In this document: piece after piece, positions 27,239 through 38,975 of the stretch
Layout: every line of letters begins with the position of its first letter
Numbering within the stretch: position 1 is the stretch's first letter
DNA from: Azolla caroliniana
Lineage: Eukaryota; Plantae; Polypodiophyta
Direction: 5' to 3'
Assembly (NCBI GenBank): GCA_043228905.1
Contig: JBHGNT010000001.1
Coordinates: 31,868,001 to 31,932,000, forward strand
Length of the DNA: 64,000 nucleotides
Position numbers and translations under genes: made by a program
The notes under the pieces: generated by a model
Told to the model about the DNA's origin: nothing
The model's database searches: none
The model's input: only the letters and a program-made list of their open reading frames with translations

Positions 27239-28284
27239 TCTTTTCGTAGTTCGTTCTTTTTGGTTTTCTGTGTATTTAAGCTTTTCCTGACTTTCCTTTC
27301 TTGTAAGCCCCCCTTCCTTCTTTGCTTTATTTGCGTTTCTGGCCATGGATAGGGCTGCCTTGCTTTAATTGGACGCGTTCACACCAAGCGGACACACGAC
27401 ACCTCACCCACCTTCTTCTTCTTCTTCTTTCACACATGTAGCATGCTACGGTGGTCATGATTGTCTTGTCGTCTATCTGGTGCATGTTTAGCCTAGGTTA
27501 GTTGGTGTTCCCGATCCCCAGGAAGGAGCATGACCCTCCCGCCTCCTCTAAAACACTCCCGAGGACGTCACTTCTATGTTGTGTTGTGTTGTGTTTGCTT
27601 GCTCACTCTCCATCAAAGGGGTAATGTTTTTGTTCGTGTTTTGTATCTCTTCCCTAGGCCATGCCCATCGAGTGTGGGGGTTGTGTTTTTCGTTCATGTT
27701 TCTTCTTTACTTCTTGATTGTCACCCTTCTTTGAAATTCTCTCAAGGATTTAGGGTTGATTGACTTGTGTGTGATTCTTTTCCTTCTATGTCCCTTGTTC
27801 TAACTTTTCTAAGCTTTGAGCCCCACTTGTTTGGGCTCTTGTAACTACCCATATGCCCATCTTGAAGACACTATTAGCAACAAATTTATGTCAACTTCTT
27901 CTTTGTAGCAAAAAAACTTGAATATATATATACACAACCTTCACAAATAGTGTCATGAGAAAATCATACTAAGACTTTCTAGTTTATGGGTGTCGTTGCC
28001 TTAACTATTAGTGGAATGTCAATTTGGCTATAATGGCATTGTTTAGATTACAATATGCTACAATAGCTTTATATCCTTCGCAAATTTGTGAGCGCCTCTA
28101 CTATAATTGCTTGCATTCATGCCCCTTGTTATACCCCTAATATGTACTACAACAAACATTTTCTCTCATAAGCACATAGCCTAGGTTTCCTAGCTTGAAA
28201 CACAATTTGTGGGGTAGGTCAAGCTTACGACTAGGATTATTGGGATGGCCTCATCACATGCTTGAGAAAATCATGGAACATTTG

Positions 28285-29398
28285 CTAATATAATCCACTT
28301 TTTTTTTCTCAAAAAAGATACTACATTAGTATTAGAAAACACCACAAGGCTAAACATACAAGATATACCACCGATCCCCTATGTTTTTCTAAATTCTAAC
28401 CATCAACTTAAATAAATACTTTGGTGTTGAGTAGAACCACTCCACCTTATCAAAACGTCATCTATAGAATATACCTATGTCCCAAATGGCATGAAACTCC
28501 AAACGCTTAAGCTCTACTTGATGCGTATTACCTTTTATGCTATCAAAACACCCTCTGAGATTATGCACAATCTCTATCCAAATTCCCGAAATTATTTGGG
28601 CAGGTCTTTTAGTCACATTTTGAAATACCTTCAAACATTGAGCCTTCCAAATATACCAAATTGTAATACTACTTACCAATTGCCATATTTGAGGTTTATC
28701 AATTTGTATTTGTGGATTCAAAGGGATCAAATTTTTTTCCATCAAACCATGTCTCATCACAATAGCATCTGCAACCTCCTCTTGTTCATATACCATAGGT
28801 TTATCATGTACCACTGTCCATAATATTGCACCCCATGTATACAATGTTGTAGGATATACTTGAGTTAATAATTTTATTATTCGTTTCCATATGTGCAAAG
28901 CAAAACCACAACTCCACAAACAATGTTTAGCAGTCTCTATTACATCTGTACAGAAAGGCCACATCTTGTCTACATTTCCTTTTCGCCACCCATTAATTGG
29001 TATAGCATTATGAACCAACAACCATCGAAAACAAACAATTTTCCTACTCATCTTTATACGCCATAGCCATTTCCAAAATTGTTTTAGAAACGGCACATCT
29101 TGTCTACATTTCCTTTTCGCCACCCATTAATTGGTATAGCATTATGAACCAACAACCATCGAAAACAAACAATTTTCCTACTCATCTTTATACGCCATAG
29201 CCATTTCCAAAATTGTTTTAGAAACGGCACATCTTGTCTACATTTCCTTTTCGCCACCCATTAATTGGTATAGCATTATGAACCCACAACCATCGAAAAC
29301 AAACAATTTTCCTACTCATCTTTATACGCCATAGCCATTTCCAAAATTGTTTGAGATGTTGTGGAGAAAGTCCATTTCGTCTCTAATATAATCCACTT
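28285..29398 (-). mobile_element. 5'-truncated L1-like LINE copy A1 (ORF2 C-terminal CCHC/zf-RVT region, 3' UTR, A-tail)
   Basis: Perfect 16-bp TSD ctaatataatccactt (28285-28300, 29383-29398); T-run at the left end; translation FWKWLWRIKMSRKIVCFRWLLVH...(W)PFCTDVIETAKHCLWSC...IWYIWKAQC. Confidence 0.92.
28960..29352. repeat. 134-bp triplication inside LINE copy A1
   Basis: acatcttgtctacatttccttttcg... starts at 28961, 29095 and 29229; copies are nearly identical. Confidence 0.95.
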
Positions 29399-29624
29399 AT
29401 GAAATTATTCATGAATTTACTCATTTTATCCTTAATTTCACATTTATAATGGAGGCCACTAACTCAAAGATGTAATATCTATTCTTGCTTGAATGGGAAC
29501 AACTACCTAATGGGAGTCCGTTTGACTCATTGATGACCAATAGTTTTCAAGAAGTCCTTTACATATATGTTAGGTGAAGTATGGATCTATTTTCGGTGTG
29601 TTCATCCAAAGTTTGCCCAAATTC

Positions 29625-30078
29625 AACCACCTTGATGCTTGTTTTCTTTTCTTTTTTGACAAAAAGATACGCCATGGTATTATAAAATTATAAGAAATAC
29701 AAAAGTTGTGTTGGATATACCAGCCGATTCCCTTATACTCTCCTCATGGCTAATTTGATGTGTATCTACAATAACCACACATACTTTTTTGTACATTGAT
29801 GTTCAATATTCCTTGCTTTATCCAAGCCCTAAACTTGCAATGAGTTCATTACCAATAGTTAATCTCATCAGTAAATGCATCCATGACATGCTCATTGATA
29901 TAGATATTAATGGTATGTTCATGTTTATGAGTTGTTAAAACCCACTAGATCTATCAACTCATCCACGATCAATATAGGCATCCATAGTATGCTCATTGAC
30001 ATAGACATCCATGGCATGTTCATATTCTTGCTTTCTCCAAGAATCATAAGTCATCATTAAACCACCTTGATGCTTGTT
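29625..30078 (-). mobile_element. LINE-derived 3' end (about 29644-29745), possibly part of a 416-bp composite retrocopy
   Basis: T-rich tail plus aaaaagatac..cat..gtatta and gatatacca.ccgat.ccct match the A-family 3' UTR; 19-bp direct repeat aaccaccttgatgcttgtt at 29625-29643 and 30060-30078. Confidence 0.6.
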
Positions 30079-30320
30079 GCTAAAGATCATAAGTTGTCAT
30101 GGCTTGTTTAAGCCTTTCTATGTGGTCATGTGCATCTCTTACCCTAAGTAAATGATGACCACCTTACTATATGGGTTGCTTTACCTTAGTCATTTACGAA
30201 ACATGTCTTTTGATGTGTAAAGGCCATACTTTGTTGTTATATTTAGTGTTGTTGCACCATTTTGGCCACACATGAATATATGGCTTGGGAAAGGGTGGCT
30301 ATATCTAGATTTGCAACTTG

Positions 30321-31492
30321 AACTCGTGGTCGAATATGATTTTTTATGTACAAGATGACGATAGGTTAATCTTTACACCTAAGGAAAATATTTTGTTGAG
30401 GTTTTGTTTGCATAAAGAAGTGAGGGTGATTGCAAATGATGGATCAAATTGGAGACCAGGATCCTCAAAAGGTGAATTCTTTTTGGAGGATTTGGATTGT
30501 GGAAAGGAGACCAATATCAAGATTAATTTGGGATCCTGGAGAACTATATTGGAAGGTTTGGGTGCAAGATCACATAAAATATGTGCCTTTTTTTCAATAT
30601 TCTATGAAGATTGGTAGGAAAATATTAGGTGCTAGATCATGGAAAGAACCAATTTTTTGGAGACAAAATGGACTTTCTCCACAACATCTCGAACAATTTT
30701 GGAAATGGCTATGGGCTATAAAAATGAGTAGGAAAATTGTTTGTTTCCATTGGTTGTTGGTTTATAAAGCTATACCAGTTAATGAGCGGCGAAAAGGAAA
30801 TGTAGACAAGATGTGCCCTTTCTATACGGATTTAATAGAGGCTGCTAAACATTGTTTTTGGAGTTGTGGTTTTGCTATGGACATATGGAAACGAATCATA
30901 AAATTATTAACTCTAGTATTTCTTAGAGTAGTGTATACATGGGGTGCGGTATTATGGGCCATGGAACATGATAAACCTATGGTATATGAACAAGAGGAGG
31001 ATGCAAATGCTATTGTGATGAGATATGGTTTGATGGAAAAAAAATTGATACCTTTGCATCCACAAATACAAATTGATAAACCTCAAATATGGCAATTGGT
31101 AAGTAGTATTACAATTTGGTATATTTGGAAGGCTTGATGTTTGAAGGTATTTCAAAATGTGAATGAAAGACCTGCCCAAATCATTTCAGGAATTTGAACA
31201 AAGATTGTGCATAATCTCATAGGTTTTTTGGACAGTATAAAAGGTAATATGCATCAAGTGGAGCTTAAGATTTTGGCATTTCATGTCATCTGGGACATAT
31301 GTATACATATTTTATAGATGATTTTCTAATAAGGTGGACTGGTTTTACTCAGCACCAAAGTCTTTATTTAAGTCAATGGTTAAAATTTAGAAAAATAAAG
31401 GGCATATGTGGCAGATCTTGTATATATAGCCTTATGGCGTTTTCTAATACTAATGTAGTATATTGTTTTGGAAAAAAATAAACTTGTGGTCG
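30321..31492 (+). mobile_element. 5'-truncated L1-like LINE copy A2 (same family as A1, opposite orientation)
   Basis: TSD aact(c/t)gtggtcg (30321-30332, 31481-31492); ORF 30430-31137 is homologous to A1 (CPF(Y)TDLIEAAKHCFWSC); ends ttttctaatactaatgtagtatattgttttgg-AAAAAAA. Confidence 0.92.
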
Positions 31493-31555
31493 TGTGTCTT
31501 CTTTTAGAGGTGATGATGGTGTATTGTCCAATAATTGTGGCAAGCAATGTTTATT

Positions 31556-32060
31556 AGACATGATAGGTTTGTTTTTGCCAAAAAAAAAAAACTACTTCCA
31601 GTAGTTAAGGCAATGTACAAGGGATAATTTACAACTCGTATCTTACAAGCCATCTTGCATGTCAAAATAAAGTAATATGTGTAGATGAAACAACAAAAGA
31701 ACAACTCCAAAACACCACATCATTCGATGCGCATAGCATTACCCGAACGCATACTCTACAAACAGAATTCAGCATAGATGTCCTCCATTCACTTCTCAGG
31801 GCAACACCCATCTAGATGTTAAGTACACTCGGGGGGAACAACCACCGTGGTGGTTGATAATTCCACTTCGCTTTACCATCCACCATCTACATCATCAACG
31901 AACCGCTCCATTTCAGAAGGAAACAAGCTCTAGCTTCTTTACTTGCGTCAGAGAGCCCTTGAAGACTTTCAAACTCTCCTCGTAACGTAGAAATAAGATT
32001 AAACCAGATCATCATTAAATTCTTAGTCGGCAGGGTTCGCTTATCAGACATGATAGGTTT
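31556..32060 (-). mobile_element. 5'-truncated LINE copy, subfamily B
   Basis: TSD agacatgataggttt (31556-31570, 32046-32060); minus strand translates IWFNLISTLRGEFESLQG...FLLKW...KWNYQPPRWLFPPSVLNI*; ends aactactggaagtag-oligoT-ggc-aaaaa. Confidence 0.9.
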
Positions 32061-32636
32061 AGGATTTCAAAGTCTTGTGTAACATTCTATGGGGTCCCAC
32101 CCCTCTAACTTTCTTAGGTTTGCGTTATATTGCTTGATTATTATTCTTGACTACTTGTTATAAGGTAGGGTATTTCATGTCGTTTACCTTTAGCTAATTC
32201 TCTTACGTGTAACCTAATAAAATATTGTTCAACTACAGTGAGCTCAATGTCAACTTTGTTCATTCAAGGATTTTCTCTTCTAAAGCTTGATAGAGATCAT
32301 GAATAATGGGGTTGTGGCTTGGTCTTCTCACTCAAGTGGATGTTTCTTTTTTTTACAATATAGGTTATATTATTTCCTATTCTTTTCTATTTGTCACAAC
32401 ATTACGATTATTTTGTTAGTGATTTGTAACTAGCTATAATCTTGTATCTATTGAGTTTAATGAGGGGTTTCACTCCTTTTTTTTCTATTAAATCTGTATG
32501 CTTGCATCAGTATTTTCTTCTTCTTTTTCAAAAAAACATATCTATCCATTAGTTTTTAAAAGCATATTAACTACAAAATACAAATTGATGGAAAGGAAGT
32601 GACTGTCCTTCCCAAGCCGGTCTTGTGTAAGACAAT

Positions 32637-32813
32637 GGGTAGCCATGAATCCATCATTTGATAGACTTGATTGAGCACTTCATCAAATTTCCCATTCTCA
32701 TCATATCATGCAATCAGATCATTCCAAGAAACCTATTCCTGGACTGAAAGCTTGTTAAATACTACCATGAATTTGCATATGCTCAAAGCTCCCCTATACA
32801 TGTAAACAATGTC
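32637..32813 (-). pseudogene. Isolated, decayed PLS-class pentatricopeptide-repeat (PPR) fragment
   Basis: Translates DIVYMYRGALSICKFMVVFNKLSVQE*VSWNDLIA*YDENGKFDEVLNQVYQMMDSWLP, matching the PPR S-P motif pattern L.xMY.KCG...A..VF.KL...D.VSWN.LIAGY..NG...EAL..F.QM...G..P with two stops. Confidence 0.75.
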
Positions 32814-34151
32814 TTTATCGCCATCATTCTATTTAAATACTTGACAATCCTACAAAACTGTATTTTTATTGGATAATTTCATGATATGGGTGCAAGACTT
32901 TGGCTCCATCCCAAATAGGTTGATTGTTTGCCTGATCTACAAAGCATGTTGATTCTTGTTTTCTTTATCATGCCGGATGGTTTGCCTAGTGTGAGTTCTA
33001 GTGTCTTTTCAATTTCCCTTTTGTCTAATTGACTTACATTTTGCACTACAACTTTTGATCTCACTACAACAACGGGTACATGAACTCAGTTGTATAGGAG
33101 AAATGTTGGATCTAGATTTGGTGAAGACATGGTCTCGAGAAATCACAATGCATATTCAAGCATCATCTATTGGATGGTTTCTTTACCTTAATCAACATCG
33201 GCTTTTCACCTAAATGGCCCACACATGCCAAAATGACCATGTTTCATCAACCCTAACATTCTTTTATTTTGGGAAAGGAGTAAGCCCAATTTCCTCTAAA
33301 TAGTTCTAAAATTTGCTCATAATCAGCAAAATGATATCCTACACTTTTCCAGCATTTGTTTTTTTCTTCTAGTTTTCCTTCAATTGATGGAGTGACACAC
33401 GTAATATTATTCATCATGCAAGTTAACTCACATTGTGTCCACTTCCAAATGGGTCACCCATCTAAATTCATATGATTTCTTCCATTTGCCAGATTAACCT
33501 CCAAGTTCGAGGTAACAACATATATACCAGGTATTGGCCATAATTTGCAGGAACATTCGGTGTCAGATGGGTCTGCATCCTAGCAATGGAAATAGGTCCA
33601 TCTAATGGAAGTAGGATCTGTCCCCAAATTTTACATTATATTATGTTTTCCATCCCTTTATCTCGCTATCAAAACAATAGATCTATCAAGCATGTGTATA
33701 GCAATAGATATGGTAATCATTTTTCTGTTGTTGTTATTCATTCTATTACTCAAAATTGGAATATAGAGCATTCCGCTTACTGGTGCTATTGGCTCCTCAT
33801 TGGTCTATGTTAAGGTTGAATAACTTATTTGCATTTAACAAGTTTTTTCATTTTTTATGGCCTAATAAAGACATCACCAATTCCATTGGTATGCACCTTG
33901 TCACGAAATCCCAATATGTACATCAAAATTGAGGTGTTTCACGAAGTGTTATTCTCACATGCCATGTTCTCTAAAAAGTGGTTTTCAATGTGAATTTTTC
34001 TTTTTAGTGAGACTCTTTAGTTTTATTTTAAGGTTGTTTTAAGCTACCAACTTTTCTAAAACGTCTTTGGGACTTTGCTATCTAATGCGAAGTACATTGT
34101 TAGGACTCTCCTTAATCATTCTAAAATTTGTTTTCTTCTTTTAACTATAGT

Positions 34152-34538
34152 CAAAACCCCATTCTTTTTTTTTAAAAGGATTTTCTTTAATAGTATTAAG
34201 AAAAAACTCTCGAAGGCGACAACTTCAACAGGTTGTGTGAGTTTTTGTTTGATAGTTTTGGAGTTGTTCCTCCGAGTTGTATATGTTGATCCCACTGTGG
34301 ATTCGGGTAAACTCCGTTGTATTCTATTTGCTAACTAATGCAAAGTAGTGTTTTTTTGGAAAATAAAATAAAATAATCCCAAGACCAAATATCGAACTTT
34401 GTAAATGATGATTACATTTGTTGATATTCAAGAAAGAGTCCATGGAAGTCGATATTGCCATTGAGGCTCTTGGGTTGACATTGTAAACAGGGCATAAGTG
34501 AAGAAGCTTTTTCCACAAGTGAACAAGACCCCATTCTT
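34152..34538 (-). mobile_element. Short LINE copy of subfamily E, interrupted by an oppositely oriented LINE tail
   Basis: TSD caa(a/g)accccattctt (34152-34166, 34524-34538); 34167-34229 and 34376-34523 are reverse complements of the end of the 51.8-52.6 kb copy. Confidence 0.82.
34230..34375 (+). mobile_element. Nested LINE 3' end of subfamily C
   Basis: Ends tttgctaactaatgcaaagtagtgtttttttgg-aaaataaaataaaa, matching the terminus of the 38.2-39.0 kb copy (tttgctaactaatgcgaagcagtatttttttggt-An). Confidence 0.75.
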
Positions 34539-35329
34539 CCTTGGACTACATACTTAAATCAAGTTATTTTTAAATTCATAATTCATCCTTCCACATTGTT
34601 TTCTGATTTGTCGTTAGAACCTTTTTCTTTCGATCGTGTTAGGACTTGATTCTTCCTAAAGACTTTTCGCTTTCACTCATTCTTAGGCTTTTTAAATCGT
34701 CCTTAGATCTTTTTCTTCAATTGTCCTTAGGACTTTCCTCAATCTTCCGTAGAACCGTTTTCCTAGACTTGTTTCCCTTCAATCATTTATTGCATTCCCT
34801 AATAGTCCTCAAGACTTTATTCTTTACCATTAGGCTATATTGTCCTACATCGTTGTTAGGCTTTTTGACACATTTTTTTAAAGTGCCAAATTGTTTTCTC
34901 ACTCTATTCATCTCCCTCTCAAAATGGGTATCCAACAACCATTTCTCTTAACAAAAAATATGTAAAATAATTCAAGGAAAATTAGCAATATTTAATCACA
35001 AATTATCCAAAAAATAACAGAAAATGAAGGAAACATATTAGGGTTTGGTGGAAAATGCATTATTCTCATTAAGTGTTGAAATCTTTTAGAAAGTTCAATT
35101 GATCACTTAAATCATATACCAACTCCACAATAGCGGCGCCCAACGTCACTTAGTCAACATGATGAGCTACGGTTTACTTCACATTCGATCGTTGACAATA
35201 AGAGGGTAGAGGTGCACCTTGTTGTGTGCAAAGTGGGTGGAAGAGTGGGTGTAAACCACCTTTTACCCATAAAAATATCCTCCATTGGTATTAACATAAA
35301 GTGGCCCAAGGCAATATACAAAATAATCC

Positions 35330-35842
35330 ACTATTACAAAGAAAATTGCAACATAATTAACTAGAAAACTATTGAACACTCGTGTAGCTTCAACAATCTC
35401 AACAACACTGGGTTAAAAAAAACCCCATCTTTTTACAAGCTGAATATGGATTTTTGGCCTTTATCACTGGAGTCTGGGTGTAAACCACCTTCGAGTATAT
35501 TTAACCAGCTATCTAGCCTCCATTGGTGAACACTCTTAATAACTCTCGATTCTAACCTTAAATGATTCTTTCATACTCTAATAATTAACTATTACAAAGA
35601 AAATTGCAACATAATTAACTAGAAAACTATTGAACACTCGTGTAGCTTCAACAATCTCAACAACACTGGGTTAAAAAAAACCCCATCTTTTTACAAGCTG
35701 AATATGGATTTTTGGCCTTTATCACTGGAGTCTGGGTGTAAACTACCTTCGAGTATATTTAACTAGCTATCTAGCCTCCATTGGTGAACACTCTTAATAA
35801 CTCTCGATTCTAACCTTAAATGATTCTTTCATACTCTAATAA
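35330..35842. repeat. Near-identical tandem duplication, period 258 bp
   Basis: actattacaaagaaaattgcaac...tcatactctaataa at 35330 and 35588. Confidence 0.95.
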
Positions 35843-36006
35843 AACTAGCACTAGCATTTTTTTGCTTTTGTTTATCGTGACCAAATGTATCCTAATACAA
35901 CTAAAAGACATAAAAAATGTGGATAAAAATGATTGCATTGTTGACAACTCCCAAAATTGCAAGGATACCATGTCTTTAGTCTCTAAATATGATAGTAATT
36001 GCTAAA

Positions 36007-36393
36007 ACATTTATTTTAATTTTAATTTTAATTTTAAAGTCAAGATTCACCGTGGTATTAATGAAAAGATGCCCAAAGGCTACAAACCAAATGCGGTTGA
36101 GTTAGTCAAGGAGATATGGTTGATGCTCCTACATACTCTAAGAGGTCAATATGAAGCAATACATGGTGAGCCTGATGTTGTGTTTCGCAAGCAACAACAA
36201 TTTCGCGAAATTTGGAAAAAGGCAGAGGTCTTCACCTATTTTGGGGACAGAATAAAATGGAGATACGCTCCACCAAGATGGCTTTTTCCGCCCCCTGTCT
36301 TGAAAAGACCTTGCGTGAGGGTTTCCACTACTGCGCATGTTGATTCATGTGGGTAGGAGGGTTGTAATAGATTGTATGGATACATTTATTTTA
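36007..36393. mobile_element. LINE copy with internal inversion (3' tail on minus strand, ORF2 C-terminus on plus strand)
   Basis: Direct repeat acatttatttta (36007-36018, 36382-36393). About 36019-36085 is the reverse complement of a LINE terminus (aagatt...ggtattaa.gaaaa...gccc.aaggctacaa). About 36086-36381 encodes EIWLMLLHTLRGQYEAIHG...IKWRYAPPRWLFPP on the plus strand. Confidence 0.78.
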
Positions 36394-36880
36394 TTTTTAA
36401 ATTTTTTCCTTCACAATTACATTTATGTTGCAAAATATTTTTATCAATATACATTTCAAGTTTTTCAACTATGTATGTTAAAACTGATTCCTAACATATA
36501 TCTTATGGTAAAAAATATACAACGAGAATTTTGAAACCCACCAAAAACTTGTGGGTCTATCAACATTTTGGTTTTTTCTAGTCGAAAAACATTGTTTGAG
36601 GTTGTGACACATTTTCTCATCAATAGTTTTGAAAATTCTAGCATTACTGACATATCTCGAAGAGGGCCAAATCTTTTGACAATTCGTACATATTTACAAA
36701 TGTTGCAAAGCTCTTGCGTATTTATAATTGCCAAAATCATCACAATTAATTCTTCAATTCAAAAATGGTGAAAATTTCATCACTATTTACAAATAAAGGA
36801 ACACCAAAAACTCTGGAATTCTTGAGCCATTTGGGAATTTTCAACTTTTTACCACTTTTCAATTGAAGAATAAGTACCAC

Positions 36881-37030
36881 AAGTTTTAACGAAGTGGCCA
36901 ATGGTTAGACTTTAGAAAAATATAGGGGATCGGTATAGCTTGTATGTTTAGCCTTATGGCGGTTTTCTAATACTAATGTAGTATCTTTTTTTTGAAAAAA
37001 AAAAAAAAAAAAAAGTTTTAACGAAGTGGC
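36881..37030 (+). mobile_element. Very short (114 bp), young A-family LINE 3' end, copy A3
   Basis: Perfect 18-bp TSD aagttttaacgaagtggc (36881-36898, 37013-37030); body matches the 3' UTR of A1/A2; uninterrupted poly-A of about 20 nt. Confidence 0.95.
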
Positions 37031-37407
37031 AAAATTTCTCTCCCGAATAATAAGTGTCTATAACAAATGTTAGTTCCAACAATTTCTTATGGTACTTCTT
37101 GGGTTAGAAACAAATTTCATCATGTTTCTAACTATTGATCAAAATTGTCAGTAAGAACTCGTTCCATAATACAGTTGACTACTCTTAATTGAATTAAGGA
37201 ATACACAAATCTCAAGAAGGAATGATTCGTTGCTTTCCATTAATTAGCTCTACAACTATAACATCGCTATGAAGAGTAACAAAGTGGCTTTTATAGTTCT
37301 CTTACAAAAGTAAGTTGCCTTAAAGCCATTTCACACTAGTGTGGACACAAGGCCCTATTTCTAAGTCCTAAACTCTATCTTAGTATGTTGCTTTGGTACC
37401 AACATAA

Positions 37408-37673
37408 AGGCACAAGAAGTGAAGAATAGGATGAGTACTTAACATGAGTTATGTGACCTTGTGGATTGTTTATGTTATACACACAATGATCACACTTGGG
37501 GGCCTATATAAAATCTTGTTAATTCCCAACTCTTGTAACAAGGCACGAGAAGTGAAGAATAGGATGAATACTTAACATGAGTTATGTGACCTTGTGGATT
37601 GTTTATGTTATACACACAATGATCATGGTTGGGGGCCTACATAAAATCTTGTTAATTCCCAACTCTTGTAACA
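37408..37673. repeat. Tandem duplication, period 133 bp
   Basis: aggcac(a/g)agaagtgaagaataggatga...cccaactcttgtaaca at 37408 and 37541. Confidence 0.93.
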
Positions 37674-37774
37674 CAATGTCATCATTGGTATTCGGATGAC
37701 CTAGCTCCCAATTCATGTCTTACAATGTGTGAAATGAATCATTGAAGGTGGGGGATAGTGTCATGATCATACAT

Positions 37775-37840
37775 CACTTGAGGACTTGAACCCATGGTCA
37801 CTTTGATGAATGTCCTAAACTTTAGCAAACTTGCTACCTT
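37775..37840 (-). mobile_element. Possible decayed tRNA-derived SINE head
   Basis: B-box-like ggttcaagtcct (37781-37792, minus) about 33 nt downstream of a weak A-box-like tagcaagtttgc; no cloverleaf or TSD established. Confidence 0.25.
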
Positions 37841-38159
37841 TGCATTGATCAAGTGCATGATCTACAAGACAAACTCAACAATGAAATGCCTAAATAGGCC
37901 AATTATTTTATTTTACCACTAGTTATGGAAAGCGAACGTGTAACCAAGACCTTAATTCACACAAGGTTTAAACTAGACCATTAACTTAGGCATTTGAAAC
38001 GGTGACATCTTGAATTTGCAATTCATAGTTTTGTTCAATTGAATTGATGGGTATCATTACATTTCACAATCACCAATATCTATAGCAATCAACTAGCACA
38101 AATCCTTTAAGAGTTTTATTTGCTTTCCAAACTCTTTTTGAACAATGCTCTTATTGTAT

Positions 38160-38975
38160 TTTTTTTTTACCAAAAAAATACTGCTTCGCATTAGTTAGCA
38201 AACAAAATTACATCATAGAACTCTCAAAATTCCTCTCAACAGCCCTCACTCTGGCCTTCCCACCAAAGCGGACATAGTCCCCACCTCATATTCAACAAAC
38301 GTATCCAAACAACTCCAATAACCTAGTTATTTGTACCATAACTATACAAATTTACAGCACCTAGACGCTGTTGGAAACTATTGGGGGAAACAGCCATCGA
38401 GGTGCTTGGTAGTGCCATTGAGGCCTTGATGATGATCTGTCGACCATAGGAGAATTACCCCATTTCAGCAAGAACTTTGATCGAGATCTTTCAGCTGCAT
38501 CAGATTCCCCCTTAATCGAGTCGTATCGTCCCCGCAGCCAAGAGACCAACTCAAACCATATATTTATTAATACCTCACCACTAGGGATCTTTTGTTGTTG
38601 AAAAACAAACTTACAACGGTTGGTCCAAATGTGCCAGACCGATAAACAAGCCACCATCCTCCATATCTCTTCAAAAAGTTATGAGTTAGTGCCAGGTCGA
38701 ACTCCAGCCCGTTGAAACACCTTGCCACCTTGCACTATAAATCCATGTCCGTGAGGATTTAACTGTTCAGTCCAACCTTCCCCTGTTAACTTCAGCCCCT
38801 GTACGGACCCCCATACAACTCTCCCATTCACGCTGCATGTTGCCACTATCCGGAGACTTCTACCCCAAATGTTAATAGCCTCGTTACAATTCCAAAAACA
38901 ATGAGGAATTGATTCCAAAGGGTGACCACAAATTTTGCATCCAGCCTCACCACCGCGACACCTAAGCCACAACAA
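38160..38975 (-). mobile_element. 5'-truncated LINE copy, subfamily C
   Basis: Intact CCHC knuckle CKICGHPLESIPHCFWNC, then WHIWTNRC...IWFELVSWLRGRYDSIKG...QWHYQAPRWLFPPIVSNSV*; T-run at the left end; no TSD found. Confidence 0.88.

Noticed and set aside
27239-27346. Upstream in-frame ATG adding 36 K/E-rich residues to the SCPL
   Set aside because: It would bury the signal peptide that begins at MANLCALLLPLFLL (27238); the region looks like an A-rich 5' UTR.
27430-27920. Possible highly decayed LINE 3' end (IWCMF...LVFPIP, short A-run)
   Set aside because: The motif match needs frameshifts and no TSD was found.
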